Positions 51,241-61,907 are shown, counted from the first letter of the stretch. The stretch: 64,000 bases of DNA from Methylocystis sp. (GCA_021731565.1 JAKFXD010000098.1:2672-66671); one strand, 5' to 3'. Notes: generated from the letters alone by a model not told the origin. Made by a program: numbers and translations.

Positions 51241-52382
51241 GCCTCTCCCGCGCCGGGCGAAAGACGGTCGATCCAGATGGCGGCGCCGACGGCTGGTATG
51301 TCCGTCGCTGCGCCGAGGGTTTTGAACAGCCGGTCGTAGCGTCCGCCGCCGATCACCGCTTCGCCGTCGCCGCCGTGGCGCGCCTCGAAGACGAAGCCGG
51401 TGTAATAGTCGAGATGGCGCGCGAAGCTTGCCGAGAAGCGCATGTCTTCCACGGCGAGGCCGCGCGCGGCGATGGCGCGGGCGCGGGCGTCGAAAGCGTC
51501 GAGCGTGGCGGAGAGGTCGAGCCGCGCGTCGGCGGCGAGACGGCGCATCGCCGAGGACGCGGATTCCGGCGAGCCTTCAATGGCGAAGAACGCTTCCGCC
51601 AGCGCGCGCGTTTCCTTCGACACGCCGGCGCCGTCGGCGAGCGTCGCCTGGTCGAGAAAACGTTCGGCGATTTCAGCGGCGCTGCGGCCGCCGACGGCGG
51701 CGATGCCGGCGATGGACAGCAAATCCTCGACGAGACGGCGCGCATCGGCCGGATCGACCTTGGTTAGCGCCGCCAATACCCCGGACTGTTCCGACCCGCC
51801 GTTGCGTCTTGGCAAGGCGAAAATATCGGCGATCCTCTGGCCGCGGGCGTGGCCGGCGGCGAGACGCCGCCGCCAGATCGGCGGCATGTCGAGGCTTTCG
51901 AGAAAGGCGGCGACGAGCCCCGCGTCGCCCATGCGAACCTTGAGCGCCGTCGCGCCTGCGGCGGCGGAGCCTTCAAGCGCGGCGACGAGGATTTCCGCAT
52001 CGGCCGCCTCGCGGTCCTTCCGGCCGAAGCTCTCGATGCCGGCCTGCAGCAATTCGCCGTCGCCGGTCCCGCCATGTTCAGGGGCGCGGAAGACCGAACC
52101 GCCATAGGCATAGGCTGCCGGCCTGCCCGCCTGGGCCGAGGCGAGATAATCGAGGCAAACCGGAATCGTATATTCCGGGCGCAGGCAGAATTCCGCGCCG
52201 GAGGCGTCGCTGGTCAGATAGAGACGGCCGCGGAAATCCTCACCGGAACGATCGAGGAAAACATGCGCCGGCTGCAGAAGACGCGGCTCGCAGCGCGCGA
52301 ATCCCTTTTGCGCGAAATGCGCAAGGATGGCCGCGAGGCGTGTAGCTTCGCAGGCTGCGGCGGCGGCGGTGACGACGGTCAA
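51237..52382 (-). CDS. hisZ: ATP phosphoribosyltransferase regulatory subunit
   Basis: [24 protein letters not shown] and GGGRYD. Stop overlaps the hisG start. Confidence 0.93.
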   Translation of the reverse strand: MTVVTAAAAACEATRLAAILAHFAQKGFARCEPRLLQPAHVFLDRSGEDFRGRLYLTSDASGAEFCLRPEYTIPVCLDYLASAQAGRPAAYAYGGSVFRAPEHGGTGDGELLQAGIESFGRKDREAADAEILVAALEGSAAAGATALKVRMGDAGLVAAFLESLDMPPIWRRRLAAGHARGQRIADIFALPRRNGGSEQSGVLAALTKVDPADARRLVEDLLSIAGIAAVGGRSAAEIAERFLDQATLADGAGVSKETRALAEAFFAIEGSPESASSAMRRLAADARLDLSATLDAFDARARAIAARGLAVEDMRFSASFARHLDYYTGFVFEARHGGDGEAVIGGGRYDRLFKTLGAATDIPAVGAAIWIDRLSPGAGEA

Positions 52383-52564
52383 GCGAAAATCCTCTCGAAA
52401 TTCGCGCTCTCTTTAGCAAGCGCGGCGCAGGCGCGACACCCCCGTCCGCCGATGAGGGTGAACGGCGGAGCAGGAGCGGCGGCCTTTTCAGGCCTCGCAG
52501 GCGCTGCTTCGTCTGGCGCAACGCCAGCCTTGCATCCCTCGCTCGCCTCTGCCACATAAGGGCC

Positions 52565-52660
52565 GGGAGGTTGGCGGTGGACGCTTCACTCGCCAACCGG
52601 GTCAGGTCCGGAAGGAAGCAGCCCTAACGAGCTTGGGCGGGTCTTCGTTCAGCCTCCCAC
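52565..52660 (+). ncRNA. ffs: Signal recognition particle 4.5S RNA
   Basis: Conserved domain IV GGTCAGGTCCGGAAGGAAGCAGCC, closing stem GGGAGG/CCTCCC, and the usual location upstream of dnaX. Confidence 0.95.
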
Positions 52661-52736
52661 CTCTTTCGGCGAGCAGCGAATGGCGTGGCGCGACGACGGC
52701 GCCGTTCGTCGCTCGTCCGCCTCCGGATGGATGCTG

Positions 52737-54578
52737 ATGGACCACGAGCACGATCCGCCGAGGCCATCGCCGGCGCCCGACGACGGACCTTCGCTCTTTG
52801 GCGCCGATCAGGCGCCGCCCACGGCCTATCGCGTGCTGGCGCGCAAATACCGACCAACCAGCTTCGCGGACCTTATCGGCCAGGAGCCGATGGTGCGCAC
52901 GCTCGAAAACGCCTTCGAACTCAATAGAATTCATCAGGCCTATCTCTTGACCGGCGTGCGCGGCGTCGGCAAGACGACGACCGCGCGCATTCTCGCGCGC
53001 GCCTTCAACTATGAGCTGCCGGCGCGCGACGGCCGTCCGGCGGTCAATCAGCCGACGATCCATATGGACGAGCTCGGCGTTCACTGTCAGGCGATCATCG
53101 ATTCGCGCCATGTCGACGTGCTCGAAATGGACGCCGCTTCGCACACCGGCATCGACGACATCCGCGAGATCATCGACAACGCCCGTTATCGCCCGGTGAT
53201 GGCGCGCACCAAGGTCTATATCATCGACGAAGTGCATATGCTGTCGAAGCCCGCCTTCAACGGTCTGTTGAAGACGCTTGAAGAGCCGCCGGAGCATGTG
53301 AAGTTCATCTTCGCGACGACCGAAATCGAAAAGGTGCCGGTGACGGTGCGCTCGCGCTGCCAGCGATTCGATCTGCGCCGCATCGACGCCGGGCTGCTCG
53401 CCGATCATCTGCTTGGCGTCTGCAAGGCCGAGGGCGTCGCCATCGAACCGGAAGCGCTCGCCATGATCGCCCGCGCGGCCGAAGGCTCGGCGCGCGACGC
53501 GCTGTCCCTGCTCGACCAGGCCATCGCCTATGGGGCGGCGCATTCCGCGGGCGGCGCGATCGCCGCCGGGGACTTACGTCTGATGCTCGGCGTCGCCGAC
53601 AAGGCGCGGGTCATCGACCTCTTCGAAGCGGCGATGTCGGGCGATGTCGCCGCGGCGATCGGCATTCTCGAAGATCAGTATAATGGCGGCGCCGATCCGG
53701 CGCAGGTGCTGCTTGAACTCGCTGAATTCACGCATCTTGCGACGCGCCTGAAGCTTGCGCCGGAGACCGCCGAGTCGGCGGCGCTGACGCCCGAAGAGAA
53801 ACGCCGCGGCGCAGACGCCGCCGCGCGTCTCTCCGTTCCGGCGCTGACCCGCGCCTGGCAAATATTGATGAAGGGCGTCGAGGAATTGCGCGGCTCGCAG
53901 CGACCGCTGGCGGCGGCCGACATGGTGCTGGTGCGGCTCGCTTACGCCGCCGACATGCCGACTCCGGCCGAGGCGCTGCGGCGTCTTGGACTCGGGGAGG
54001 GCGCGCCGGGGACTCAGTCGCCGCCGGCGCGTGGCGCGACGCCCGCCGGAGCCGGGGCGGCGCCGGCGCGCGGCCCGCGGCTGGTCGCGGCGGCGCGTCC
54101 CGCAGTCGCTCAGCCCTCCGCCGCGCCGGCCGCGGGAACCGCGATCGAGAGCTTCGACGCGCTGATGGCGATTGCCGCGCAGAAGCGGGACATGCGCCTC
54201 AAGATCGCGCTTGAATCGGAGGTGCGGCTGGTTCGCTTCGAAGCCGGTTTGATCGAATTCGAACTCGCGCCCGGCGGCGCGCGCGATCTGGCGGCGACGT
54301 TGATGCAGAAGCTTCAGGCCTGGACCGGCGAACGCTGGATGGTTTCGATCGTCGCGGCGGGCGGCGCGCCGTCGCTCACGGAGCAGCGCGAAGCGGAGGA
54401 GCGCAAGCGCCGCTCCTCGCTCGAATCCGATCCGCTGGTGGCGAGCGTGCTCGCGCGTTTCCCTGGCGCGCAGATCGTCGCCGTGCGGGGCAGGGACGAG
54501 GGCGAGGGCGCATCGTCCGCCGAAACGCTTTATGATGACGCCGCCCCAATCGAGGAAGACGACGGAGAAGCGCAATGA
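52737..54578 (+). CDS. dnaX: DNA polymerase III subunit gamma/tau
   Basis: YRVLARKYRP, GVRGVGKTT, IIDEVHML and SRCQRF. Start 52731 or 52737. Confidence 0.97.
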   Translation: MDHEHDPPRPSPAPDDGPSLFGADQAPPTAYRVLARKYRPTSFADLIGQEPMVRTLENAFELNRIHQAYLLTGVRGVGKTTTARILARAFNYELPARDGRPAVNQPTIHMDELGVHCQAIIDSRHVDVLEMDAASHTGIDDIREIIDNARYRPVMARTKVYIIDEVHMLSKPAFNGLLKTLEEPPEHVKFIFATTEIEKVPVTVRSRCQRFDLRRIDAGLLADHLLGVCKAEGVAIEPEALAMIARAAEGSARDALSLLDQAIAYGAAHSAGGAIAAGDLRLMLGVADKARVIDLFEAAMSGDVAAAIGILEDQYNGGADPAQVLLELAEFTHLATRLKLAPETAESAALTPEEKRRGADAAARLSVPALTRAWQILMKGVEELRGSQRPLAAADMVLVRLAYAADMPTPAEALRRLGLGEGAPGTQSPPARGATPAGAGAAPARGPRLVAAARPAVAQPSAAPAAGTAIESFDALMAIAAQKRDMRLKIALESEVRLVRFEAGLIEFELAPGGARDLAATLMQKLQAWTGERWMVSIVAAGGAPSLTEQREAEERKRRSSLESDPLVASVLARFPGAQIVAVRGRDEGEGASSAETLYDDAAPIEEDDGEAQ

Positions 54579-54898
54579 TGGACTTCATGGGCCTGATGAA
54601 GCAGGCGCAGCAGATGCAGGCCAAGATGCTCGAAGCGCAGCTGGAGCTCGAACAGATCGTCGTCGAAGGCGAGGCGGCCGGCGGCATGGTGAAAGTCGCG
54701 TTGACCGCCAAGGGCTCGATGAAGAGCATCTCCATCGATCCAAGTCTGTTGAAGCGGGACGAGAAGGAAATTCTCGAAGATCTGATCCTCACGGCGCATA
54801 TGCAGGCGCGGGCCAAGGCCGAGGACGCGATGGCGGAGAAGATGAAGGCGCTGACCGGCGGTCTGCCGCTGCCGCCGGGGCTGAAGCTGCCGTTTTGA
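54575..54898 (+). CDS. ybaB: YbaB/EbfC nucleoid-associated protein
   Basis: MKQAQQMQ...GGMVKV...LEDLI...TGGLPLPPG, located between dnaX and recR. Confidence 0.95.
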   Translation: MMDFMGLMKQAQQMQAKMLEAQLELEQIVVEGEAAGGMVKVALTAKGSMKSISIDPSLLKRDEKEILEDLILTAHMQARAKAEDAMAEKMKALTGGLPLPPGLKLPF

Positions 54899-54939
54899 GA
54901 TGGCTGTTGTGATCGCAAGAGTTTCAATCTGGGCGCGTA

Positions 54940-55082
54940 ACCCTCTCCCTATGGGAGAGGGTGGCTGCGAAGCAGCCGGGAGAGGGGTTTCCGACTTGAC
55001 GCAAGCGCATGTAGCGCTGCGAAAAAAAATGCTGCCCCTCACCCCGGTCCTTCGGACCGACCCTCTCCCTATGGGAGAGGGT
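54940..55082. repeat. Intergenic element bounded by two identical 23-bp hairpins
   Basis: ACCCTCTCCCTATGGGAGAGGGT at 54940-54962 and at 55060-55082, with internal GAGGGG/CCCCTC arms and a GGTCC-TTC-GGACC hairpin. Confidence 0.85.
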
Positions 55083-55098
55083 TGCGCGCGCTGAGACC

Positions 55099-55704
55099 AT
55101 GGCCGAACGCGTCGCCGGCCCCGAAATCGAAAAACTCGTGCAACTCCTGGCCAAATTGCCGGGGCTCGGGCCGCGTTCGGCCCGGCGCGCGGTTCTGCAT
55201 CTCATCCGCAAGCGCGAGGAACTGCTCGCGCCGCTCGCCGAGGCGATGCGCGTCGCGCAGGAGCGCATCCTCGTCTGCTCGGTCTGCGGCAATATCGATA
55301 CGAGCGATCCCTGCACCATCTGTCGCGACCCGCGCCGCGACGCGTCGATCGTCGTTGTCGTCGAGACGGTCGCCGATCTCTGGGCGCTGGAGCGGGCGGG
55401 GCTGCTTAACGCGCGCTATCACGTGCTCGGCGGCGTGCTGTCGCCGCTCGACGGCGTCGGGCCGGACGATCTTGCGATCGCGAGCCTCGTCGCGCGCGTG
55501 CGCGCCGAGGCGACCAGCGAAGTCGTGCTAGCGGTCAACGCCACCGTCGACGGACAGACGACCGCGCATTACATCGCCGACCTGCTGTCGCCCTTGGGCG
55601 TGAAGGTGACGCGGCTCGCCCATGGCGTGCCGGTCGGCGGCGAACTCGACTATCTCGACGAAGGCACGCTGGCGGCGGCGCTGGAGCGGCGGACGGCGTT
55701 TTAA
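55099..55704 (+). CDS. recR: Recombination mediator RecR
   Basis: [12 protein letters not shown]4 zinc finger CSVC..DPCTIC, and [12 protein letters not shown]. Confidence 0.98.
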   Translation: MAERVAGPEIEKLVQLLAKLPGLGPRSARRAVLHLIRKREELLAPLAEAMRVAQERILVCSVCGNIDTSDPCTICRDPRRDASIVVVVETVADLWALERAGLLNARYHVLGGVLSPLDGVGPDDLAIASLVARVRAEATSEVVLAVNATVDGQTTAHYIADLLSPLGVKVTRLAHGVPVGGELDYLDEGTLAAALERRTAF

Positions 55705-55714
55705 GCGAGGCCAG

Positions 55715-56368
55715 TCACTTCGACGCGGTCGTCTTCGATGCGATGATCTTGTCCCAGTCTTCGAGGCCGATCTCGCCGCCGTATTTGTCGCCGTTGACGA
55801 AGAAAGTCGGCGTGGAATTGACGCCGAATTTTTCAGCAGCGCGATCTCGCACCTTGTTCACATTCTCGTAAAGCGCTTGATCCTTCAACACCGCTTCGAA
55901 TTTCTCCTGGCCGAGCCCGGTCTGTTTCAAGACATTCGCCAGACCGTCGAGCGGCTTGTCGGCGAAGGCCCAGTTCTTCTGCTGCGAGAAGAGGAGATCG
56001 ACGGCCGCGTCGCGCTTGTCGCCGAGTTCCCGCGCCAGCATGAAAGCGGCGGTCGCCAGCGGATCGAGCGGGAACTCGCGCAGGATGAATTTCACCTTGC
56101 CCGTCTCGACATACTTCTTTTTCAGCTCGGGATAGACATCGTGATGGAACGCCGCGCAATGGCTGCAGGTCATCGACGCATATTCGACGATCGTCACCGG
56201 CGCATTCGCCTGGCCTTCCACAATATCGGGGAGCGCATTCGGCGCCATCAGCTCGTCGACGGAAACCTTGCCCGAAGGCGATTTGTCGGCGTAAGCCGGC
56301 GCGGCGGCGAAGACCGCGCAGGCGGCGGCGACAAGAAAATGACGACGGGGCAGATCAGCAAAGGGCAT
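55715..56368 (-). CDS. DsbA-family thiol-disulfide oxidoreductase
   Basis: EYASMTCSHC, REFPLD and STPTFFVNG. RRHFL-containing signal peptide. Confidence 0.9.
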   Translation of the reverse strand: MPFADLPRRHFLVAAACAVFAAAPAYADKSPSGKVSVDELMAPNALPDIVEGQANAPVTIVEYASMTCSHCAAFHHDVYPELKKKYVETGKVKFILREFPLDPLATAAFMLARELGDKRDAAVDLLFSQQKNWAFADKPLDGLANVLKQTGLGQEKFEAVLKDQALYENVNKVRDRAAEKFGVNSTPTFFVNGDKYGGEIGLEDWDKIIASKTTASK

Positions 56369-56459
56369 GTGCGGTCCATAAGTGTTGCGACGCGGAAGAG
56401 ACCATATTCTCTTCGGCAAATGTGGCAAATCAAATTTCGACGTGGAACGGAAGCCGGCG

Positions 56460-56663
56460 CTACAATCCGTGCTTGGGTTGAATGAACCAGTAGAGCGCGC
56501 CGATAAAGGCGAGAACGACGCCGAACCAGAACACGACGTCGCCGATCTGCAGATCCTTCATCGTGTAGCTGAGAACGCTGACCGCCAGGCCGCCGATCGC
56601 GATCCAGAGCGGACGCTGGCCGCGTTCATTCTTTTGCGGCCGCTTTTTTGATGGCCCGGACAA
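56460..56663 (-). CDS. Small two-TM membrane protein
   Basis: Basic N-terminus then two hydrophobic helices. TTG 56663 follows a GGAGAGG RBS. Confidence 0.55.
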   Translation of the reverse strand: MSGPSKKRPQKNERGQRPLWIAIGGLAVSVLSYTMKDLQIGDVVFWFGVVLAFIGALYWFIQPKHGL

Positions 56664-56779
56664 GCGCCTCTCCCTGACGTTTTGCCGTTCCGATCGTTTT
56701 ATTGATGGTTTGCGAGCGGCGACGGCGCGTTTGCGCCTAGACTTTCCGATCGCGGTCCCGCAGTCAAGAATCGCCAAAG

Positions 56780-56807
56780 AAAAACAGCCGCCCGAAGCGG
56801 CTGTTTT
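56780..56807 (-). terminator. Intrinsic terminator after rpsD
   Basis: AAAAACAGCCGC-CCGAA-GCGGCTGTTTT. Confidence 0.8.
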
Positions 56808-56830
56808 CGATGAATTCCTGCGCGCCGAAG

Positions 56831-57448
56831 CTAGCGCGAATAGAATTCGATGACGAGGTTCGGCTCCATCTGCACCGGATAGGGCACTTCCGTCGCATGC
56901 GGCACGCGGATGAGCTTCGCGGTCATCTTGGAGTGGTCGACGTCGTAAAATTCCGGCGCGTCGCGCTCGGCGAGCTGAACCGCTTCAAGAACGGTCACCG
57001 CCTGTTTCGAGGCTTCCTTCACCTCGATCACGTCTCCGACCTTCACCTGATATGACGGAATGTTGACGCGCTTGCCGTTGACGCGGATGTGCCCGTGATT
57101 GACGAATTGGCGCGCGGCGAACACCGTCGGAACGAATTTCGCGCGATAGACGATGGCGTCGAGGCGCCGCTCCAACAGGCCGATCAGATTGTCGCCGGAA
57201 TCGCCCTTCATGCGGATCGCTTCCGCATAATATTTGCGGAACTGCTTTTCCGAAATATTGCCGTAATAGCCCTTGAGCTTCTGCTTGGCCTTGAGCTGCG
57301 TGCCGTAGTCGGAGAGCTTGCCCTTGCGGCGCTGGCCGTGCTGTCCCGGGCCATATTCGCGGCGGTTCACCGGGCTCTTCGGCCGGCCCCAGATATTCTG
57401 GCCGAGGCGGCGATCAAGCTTGTATTTGGCTTCTGCGCGTTTGGTCAC
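56831..57448 (-). CDS. rpsD: 30S ribosomal protein S4
   Basis: (M)[13 protein letters not shown]..., [22 protein letters not shown] and VIEFYSR. GTG start. Confidence 0.98.
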   Translation of the reverse strand: MTKRAEAKYKLDRRLGQNIWGRPKSPVNRREYGPGQHGQRRKGKLSDYGTQLKAKQKLKGYYGNISEKQFRKYYAEAIRMKGDSGDNLIGLLERRLDAIVYRAKFVPTVFAARQFVNHGHIRVNGKRVNIPSYQVKVGDVIEVKEASKQAVTVLEAVQLAERDAPEFYDVDHSKMTAKLIRVPHATEVPYPVQMEPNLVIEFYSR

Positions 57449-57745
57449 TTTGACTCTTGTCCTCTCATCGATCGCGTTTGGCGCGAGAGAGCGACAAGAC
57501 GAAAATCGCCCGAAGCCATGCGCTTGGGGCGTCGTCTCGACCCGCGTCTCCCGCCGCCCCGGCGCCGCCGGAGCTTGAAGAACGCGCCCTCCTCTGCCGT
57601 CGATCCGGCCGACAGGCGTTTGTTTCAAACGCCACGGGTGCTTGCCCGGCGCGAACGCGTCGCGTCAGGCAGGTGGGGAGCTAAAGGAAAGCGCTCCCCG
57701 CGTCAAGGTCTCCTGAAGTCCGGGATCCCTCCAAAACGTCCGAAC

Positions 57746-58084
57746 TTACTGCCAAGGGAACGGAAAACCCTCGTCGTAAGGAACGATCATGCCGGCGTTG
57801 TAGGGCGGTCGCTGAGGAAGCGTTTCCTGCATATACCAGCTGCGCTGGCTGCGCTCGATGGGATCGTGATTGAGGTAGGTCTGCTGGACCATGTAGCGAT
57901 TGGTGCTGCCGACCGGAACCTGCGTTCCGGGGTCGAGCCAGCTGCGGCGCTGAATGTCGATCGGTCCCCGGCCGTTATACATGCCGTCCGAGGCAACGCG
58001 GTAGCGCGACTTGGCGAGCGCGTCGCCCGCCGCGAACGCCACCAGACACGCGAGCCCCGCCGCCAGCACTGAATTTATGCGCAT
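57746..58084 (-). CDS. Small secreted hypothetical protein
   Basis: Signal peptide MRINSVLAAGLACLVAFAAGDALA and RSWLDPGTQVPVGS..RY motif. Confidence 0.7.
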   Translation of the reverse strand: MRINSVLAAGLACLVAFAAGDALAKSRYRVASDGMYNGRGPIDIQRRSWLDPGTQVPVGSTNRYMVQQTYLNHDPIERSQRSWYMQETLPQRPPYNAGMIVPYDEGFPFPWQ

Positions 58085-58205
58085 CACGATCCCCTTTTGG
58101 ACTGAACGCCAGCGATCATAATAGCGGATCGTTTCGCAAAAGCGAAATGGCGCAGCGGTTTCCCGCCGACAAACCGAGATCAGGGTGAATGCGTCGGCGC
58201 GATGT

Positions 58206-59120
58206 TTAGCGCGCGGGCGGCGCGAGCTGACGCGTCGGCTTCGCATGGGCGCGGCGCGCGGCGCTCTTCTGGGTCGGAATCGTCGCGGTCAGGTCGTCGC
58301 GCGAGATATTGTCGCAAACCGCCGAACGGGACGCCGCGGCCTGCAGGAAGAACGCATTCAACTCGGGCCGGTCCGAATTCGCAGTATAGTCGATGCGGTC
58401 GAGCAGACAGCCGAGCGCGACGCGGTCGATCGGCTTCGCCGCCGGTCCGCAGGCGAGCCCGGCGATTTCGAGCGCAAGATTCTCATCGATCAAGCGGGTC
58501 GCGAGACAGTTGCGCTCGCTCGCGCCGACGCCTTCGGACTCTGGTTGCGACAATCGAATTTCGGCGGTCTCGAACGAACCGAATTTGGCGACGAGTTCGC
58601 TCGGCTGACCGATTTTCTCGACATTCAGTCCCGCCTGCGCGGCATGTCGAGTCATGTCGAGGAAGAAATCGGACGTCTTTTCCTTCTCGGCGATATCCTG
58701 ATGAATGTCGACGCGCATGAAGGGCGCGCCCATCGCGAACTGCCCGATGGAAATCGCGTCGATGCGGCCCGAGCCATTGTCTCCGTCACGCGCGGCGACG
58801 GTCTTCTTTTCCCGGCTGAATTCGGGCGCGGATATATCGAATGCGCTGAAGGGTTGCGCCATCAGCGCGGAAGCTTCGATGGCTTCGATCGAGATTTTGG
58901 TGGTTATCTTGCGCGTCGGCGCGACGGCGGCGCGCGGCGCGGTCTTTTCCGCGGCTTTCCGTTCGGCGGTTCCGGGCTCGCGGGGAAAAATGACGAGCGC
59001 GGCGAGGAGAATGAACGTCGCGCCGGCCCCCATTCCGATCGCCGCGCGCGCGCCGGCCGGCCGGGCGCGCAACGGGCGCGCATAATGGTTGTCGTTCGGA
59101 TTGAATTCGGCAACGCTCAT
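58206..59120 (-). CDS. Membrane-anchored hypothetical protein
   Basis: One TM segment then a soluble domain with several Cys (NCLA, GLACG, GCLLDR, AVC). Start uncertain. Confidence 0.65.
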   Translation of the reverse strand: MSVAEFNPNDNHYARPLRARPAGARAAIGMGAGATFILLAALVIFPREPGTAERKAAEKTAPRAAVAPTRKITTKISIEAIEASALMAQPFSAFDISAPEFSREKKTVAARDGDNGSGRIDAISIGQFAMGAPFMRVDIHQDIAEKEKTSDFFLDMTRHAAQAGLNVEKIGQPSELVAKFGSFETAEIRLSQPESEGVGASERNCLATRLIDENLALEIAGLACGPAAKPIDRVALGCLLDRIDYTANSDRPELNAFFLQAAASRSAVCDNISRDDLTATIPTQKSAARRAHAKPTRQLAPPAR

Positions 59121-59321
59121 GAGACGCGACTCCGGCGGCCTGCAGCGCCGCGCGAGGAAAACACGCCGAGCTTGCGTCGCCGCTTCGGAAATTGCGGTTA
59201 ACGCGCCGGGATGAGTTGAGTTTTGGTGAACGAAAGATTGACGGGGGCGAAGCCGCGCGATCGCCCCAACCCGCATCGGTTCGCAATGCGGTCCTTCCCT
59301 TCGGGGAGGGGGTAAGCGCGC

Positions 59322-59351
59322 AAAAAAACCCGCGCCTTTCGGCGCGGGCTT
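59322..59351 (-). terminator. Intrinsic terminator after rpsA
   Basis: AAAAAAA-CCCGCGCC-TTTC-GGCGCGGG, giving a U-tract on the minus strand. Confidence 0.85.
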
Positions 59352-59372
59352 GAATGTCGCGTCCAAGGAATT

Positions 59373-61118
59373 TTACTCCTCGGAAGTCTTGCCCTTCTTT
59401 GGCGTCTCTTCGCGGGCTTTCAGCGCCGCGCCGAGGATGTCGCCGAGCGACGCGCCGGAATCGGCCGAGCCATATTGCGCGATCGCCTCCTTCTCCTCGG
59501 CGACTTCCAGCGCCTTGATGGAGACGGAGACCTTGCGCGCCTTGCGGTCGAACAGCGTGACGCGGCCGTCGACCTTTTCGCCCACGGCGAAACGCTCGGG
59601 ACGCTGGTCGGCGCGGTCGCGCGCGAGTTCGCTGCGCTTGATGAAAGTGGAGAGATCGGTGCCGGCGATCTTCACGTCGATGCCGGACTCCTTCACCTCG
59701 ATCACTTCGCAGGTGACGACCGCGCCCTTCTTCACCTCGCCGCCGTCCTCGCCGCCGCCGACGGAAGCGAAAGGATCGCTGCCGAGCTGCTTGACGCCCA
59801 GCGAAATGCGCTCCTTCTCGACGTCGACGTCGAGGACCTGGGCGTTGATGACGTCGCCCTTCTTATATTCCTCGATCACCTGCTCGCCCGGACGGTTCCA
59901 GTCGAGGTCGGAGAGATGGACCATGCCGTCGACATCGCCGTCGAGGCCGATGAACAGGCCGAATTCGGTCTTGTTCTTGACTTCGCCGGAGACGGCCGAA
60001 CCGACCGGATGTTTCTCGGCGAAGGCTTCCCACGGATTCTGCAGGCACTGCTTGAGGCCGAGCGAAATGCGGCGCTTGACCGGATCGACTTCGAGCACCT
60101 GAACGTCGACTTCCTGGCTCGTCGAGACGATCTTGCCGGGATGCACGTTCTTCTTCGTCCAGCTCATTTCCGAGACATGGACGAGGCCTTCGATGCCAGG
60201 CTCCAGTTCGACGAAGGCGCCATAGTCGGTGATGTTGGTCACGCGGCCATGGAATCTGGCGCCGATCGGATATTTCGCCTCGATGCCCTGCCAGGGGTCT
60301 TCCAGCAGCTGCTTCATGCCGAGCGAGATGCGGTGCGTCTCGTGATTGATCTTGATGATCTTCACTTTGACGGTCTGGCCGATGGTCAGCACCTCGGACG
60401 GGTGGTTGACGCGCCGCCAGGCGATGTCGGTGACATGCAGCAGGCCGTCGATGCCGCCGAGATCGACGAAGGCGCCGTAGTCGGTGATGTTCTTCACGAC
60501 GCCGTCGATCACCTGTCCCTCTTCGAGATTGGCGACGATCTCATGGCGCTGTTCGGCGCGGCTCTCTTCGAGCACGGTGCGGCGCGACACGACGATATTG
60601 CCGCGGCGGCGATCCATCTTCAGGATGTGGAACGGCTGCGGGACGTTCATCAGCGGGCCGACGTCACGGATCGGCCGGATGTCGACTTGTGAGCGCGGCA
60701 GGAAGGCCACCGCGCCGTCGAGATCGACGGTAAAGCCGCCCTTGACCTGATTGAAGATGACGCCGTCGACCTTTTCATTGGTCTCGAACGCCTTTTCGAG
60801 CTTGACCCAGCTCTCTTCACGGCGCGCCTTGTCGCGCGAGATGACGGCTTCGCCGAGCGCGTTCTCGACGCGCTCCAGATAGACTTCGACCTCTTCGCCG
60901 ACCTGCGGCGCAGGGTCGCGCCCGTAGCCGGTGAATTCCTTGATCGGGACTCGGCCTTCGGTCTTGAGGCCGATGTCGATGACGGCGACATCCTTTTCGA
61001 TGGCGACGACCCGCCCCTTGATGACGGAGCCTTCGAACGCTTCGTTCTGGCCATAGCTTTCATCGAGCAGGGCGGCGAAATCTTCGCGCGTGGGCGCGCG
61101 ATCGGTAGTGACGGACAT
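59373..61118 (-). CDS. rpsA: 30S ribosomal protein S1
   Basis: Six S1 repeats (NITDYGAFV, GLLHVTD, GLVHVSE, GMVHLSD). Start MSVTTDRAPTREDF after an AGGAG RBS. Confidence 0.98.
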   Translation of the reverse strand: MSVTTDRAPTREDFAALLDESYGQNEAFEGSVIKGRVVAIEKDVAVIDIGLKTEGRVPIKEFTGYGRDPAPQVGEEVEVYLERVENALGEAVISRDKARREESWVKLEKAFETNEKVDGVIFNQVKGGFTVDLDGAVAFLPRSQVDIRPIRDVGPLMNVPQPFHILKMDRRRGNIVVSRRTVLEESRAEQRHEIVANLEEGQVIDGVVKNITDYGAFVDLGGIDGLLHVTDIAWRRVNHPSEVLTIGQTVKVKIIKINHETHRISLGMKQLLEDPWQGIEAKYPIGARFHGRVTNITDYGAFVELEPGIEGLVHVSEMSWTKKNVHPGKIVSTSQEVDVQVLEVDPVKRRISLGLKQCLQNPWEAFAEKHPVGSAVSGEVKNKTEFGLFIGLDGDVDGMVHLSDLDWNRPGEQVIEEYKKGDVINAQVLDVDVEKERISLGVKQLGSDPFASVGGGEDGGEVKKGAVVTCEVIEVKESGIDVKIAGTDLSTFIKRSELARDRADQRPERFAVGEKVDGRVTLFDRKARKVSVSIKALEVAEEKEAIAQYGSADSGASLGDILGAALKAREETPKKGKTSEE

Positions 61119-61673
61119 TTGTTCTCCTGAAGGCCCCGGAGGGGGCGGCGCCGGCGAAGGGTTAGCGTTGCACATCGATCGTCGACGATCGGACGTTTTC
61201 CCTGGCTGAAACGCGAGGGAAGACGAAAAGTTCGCTAAACGAACTGGCCGGCGCGGCCCGAAGTCGAAAACCAAAACGAATGCGCCGGCCTAGTCTCCGG
61301 CGCGGGCGTTATCTATCAGCGACGCGCCTTCGCCGCAAGCGCTCCGAACAGATAGCGCTTCTTCGAGCGCTGCGGCAAAACCATGATATTGCGACGCAAT
61401 ATACGACTAATATACTGATTTAATATATTAAACATAAAATGAACGCGCGCTGTGTCGTCGAATTTACTGCTGGCGGAATCAACCTCCCGCGCATAGTCTG
61501 GACGGCCAAGCTTGATGCGCGATCCGGGCTCGCTTTGCTCGGCAGGCGCGCAGTTGCGAAAAAGGGCCAGAGCCGACCCGCTGCCCGCGAGCGCTAAGTA
61601 AAAGCTGGAATGCGCCGCGCGAGCGGCGAGAGACTTCCCCTCATCGCGAGGGGGATATAAAGAGGAGAGAGAA

Positions 61674-61907
61674 ATGAAACCCAATATTATTTCTGGACCG
61701 GCGCTCGCAGCCGCCGCCGTCGCCCTTGCGTTGAGCGGCGCGTCAGTCGCGCCCGCCCATGCGCACGGCGCCAAGGCGACCCATGCCAAGACCCATTGCG
61801 GCGGCAAGTCAAGCTGCCGCGGCATGGCCAAGTGCCATCACAAGGCGCAGTGTCACCATCATAAGGGTCACTGCAATATGAAGAACCGCTGCCACACCAA
61901 GAAGTAG
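61674..61907 (+). CDS. Secreted Cys/His-rich RiPP precursor (bufferin-like)
   Basis: Strong AGAGGAG RBS, Sec signal ending AHA, core with six regularly spaced Cys. Lies immediately upstream of the DUF692 gene. Confidence 0.8.
   Translation: MKPNIISGPALAAAAVALALSGASVAPAHAHGAKATHAKTHCGGKSSCRGMAKCHHKAQCHHHKGHCNMKNRCHTKK

Noticed and set aside
50266-52382. Long HisG together with HisZ as an anomaly
   Set aside because: A ~325-aa HisG next to hisZ is, to my knowledge, usual in this group of Rhizobiales.
35618-55082. CRISPR array or IS element from the repeated palindromes
   Set aside because: The copies are dispersed, not regularly spaced with unique spacers, and no cas or transposase gene is in the window.
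54900-55094. 64-aa ORF between ybaB and recR
   Set aside because: A translation of the palindromic repeat (PLPMGEG appears twice); no evidence that it is a gene.
61439-61597. 52-codon ORF upstream of the RiPP precursor
   Set aside because: No RBS, no recognisable motif and atypical codons; likely spurious.
61598-61623. ECF sigmaF-like promoter (GTAAAA-N16-CGAG) before the RiPP precursor
   Set aside because: Three mismatches to the GTAACC-N16-CGAA consensus and no ECF gene nearby; too weak to call.
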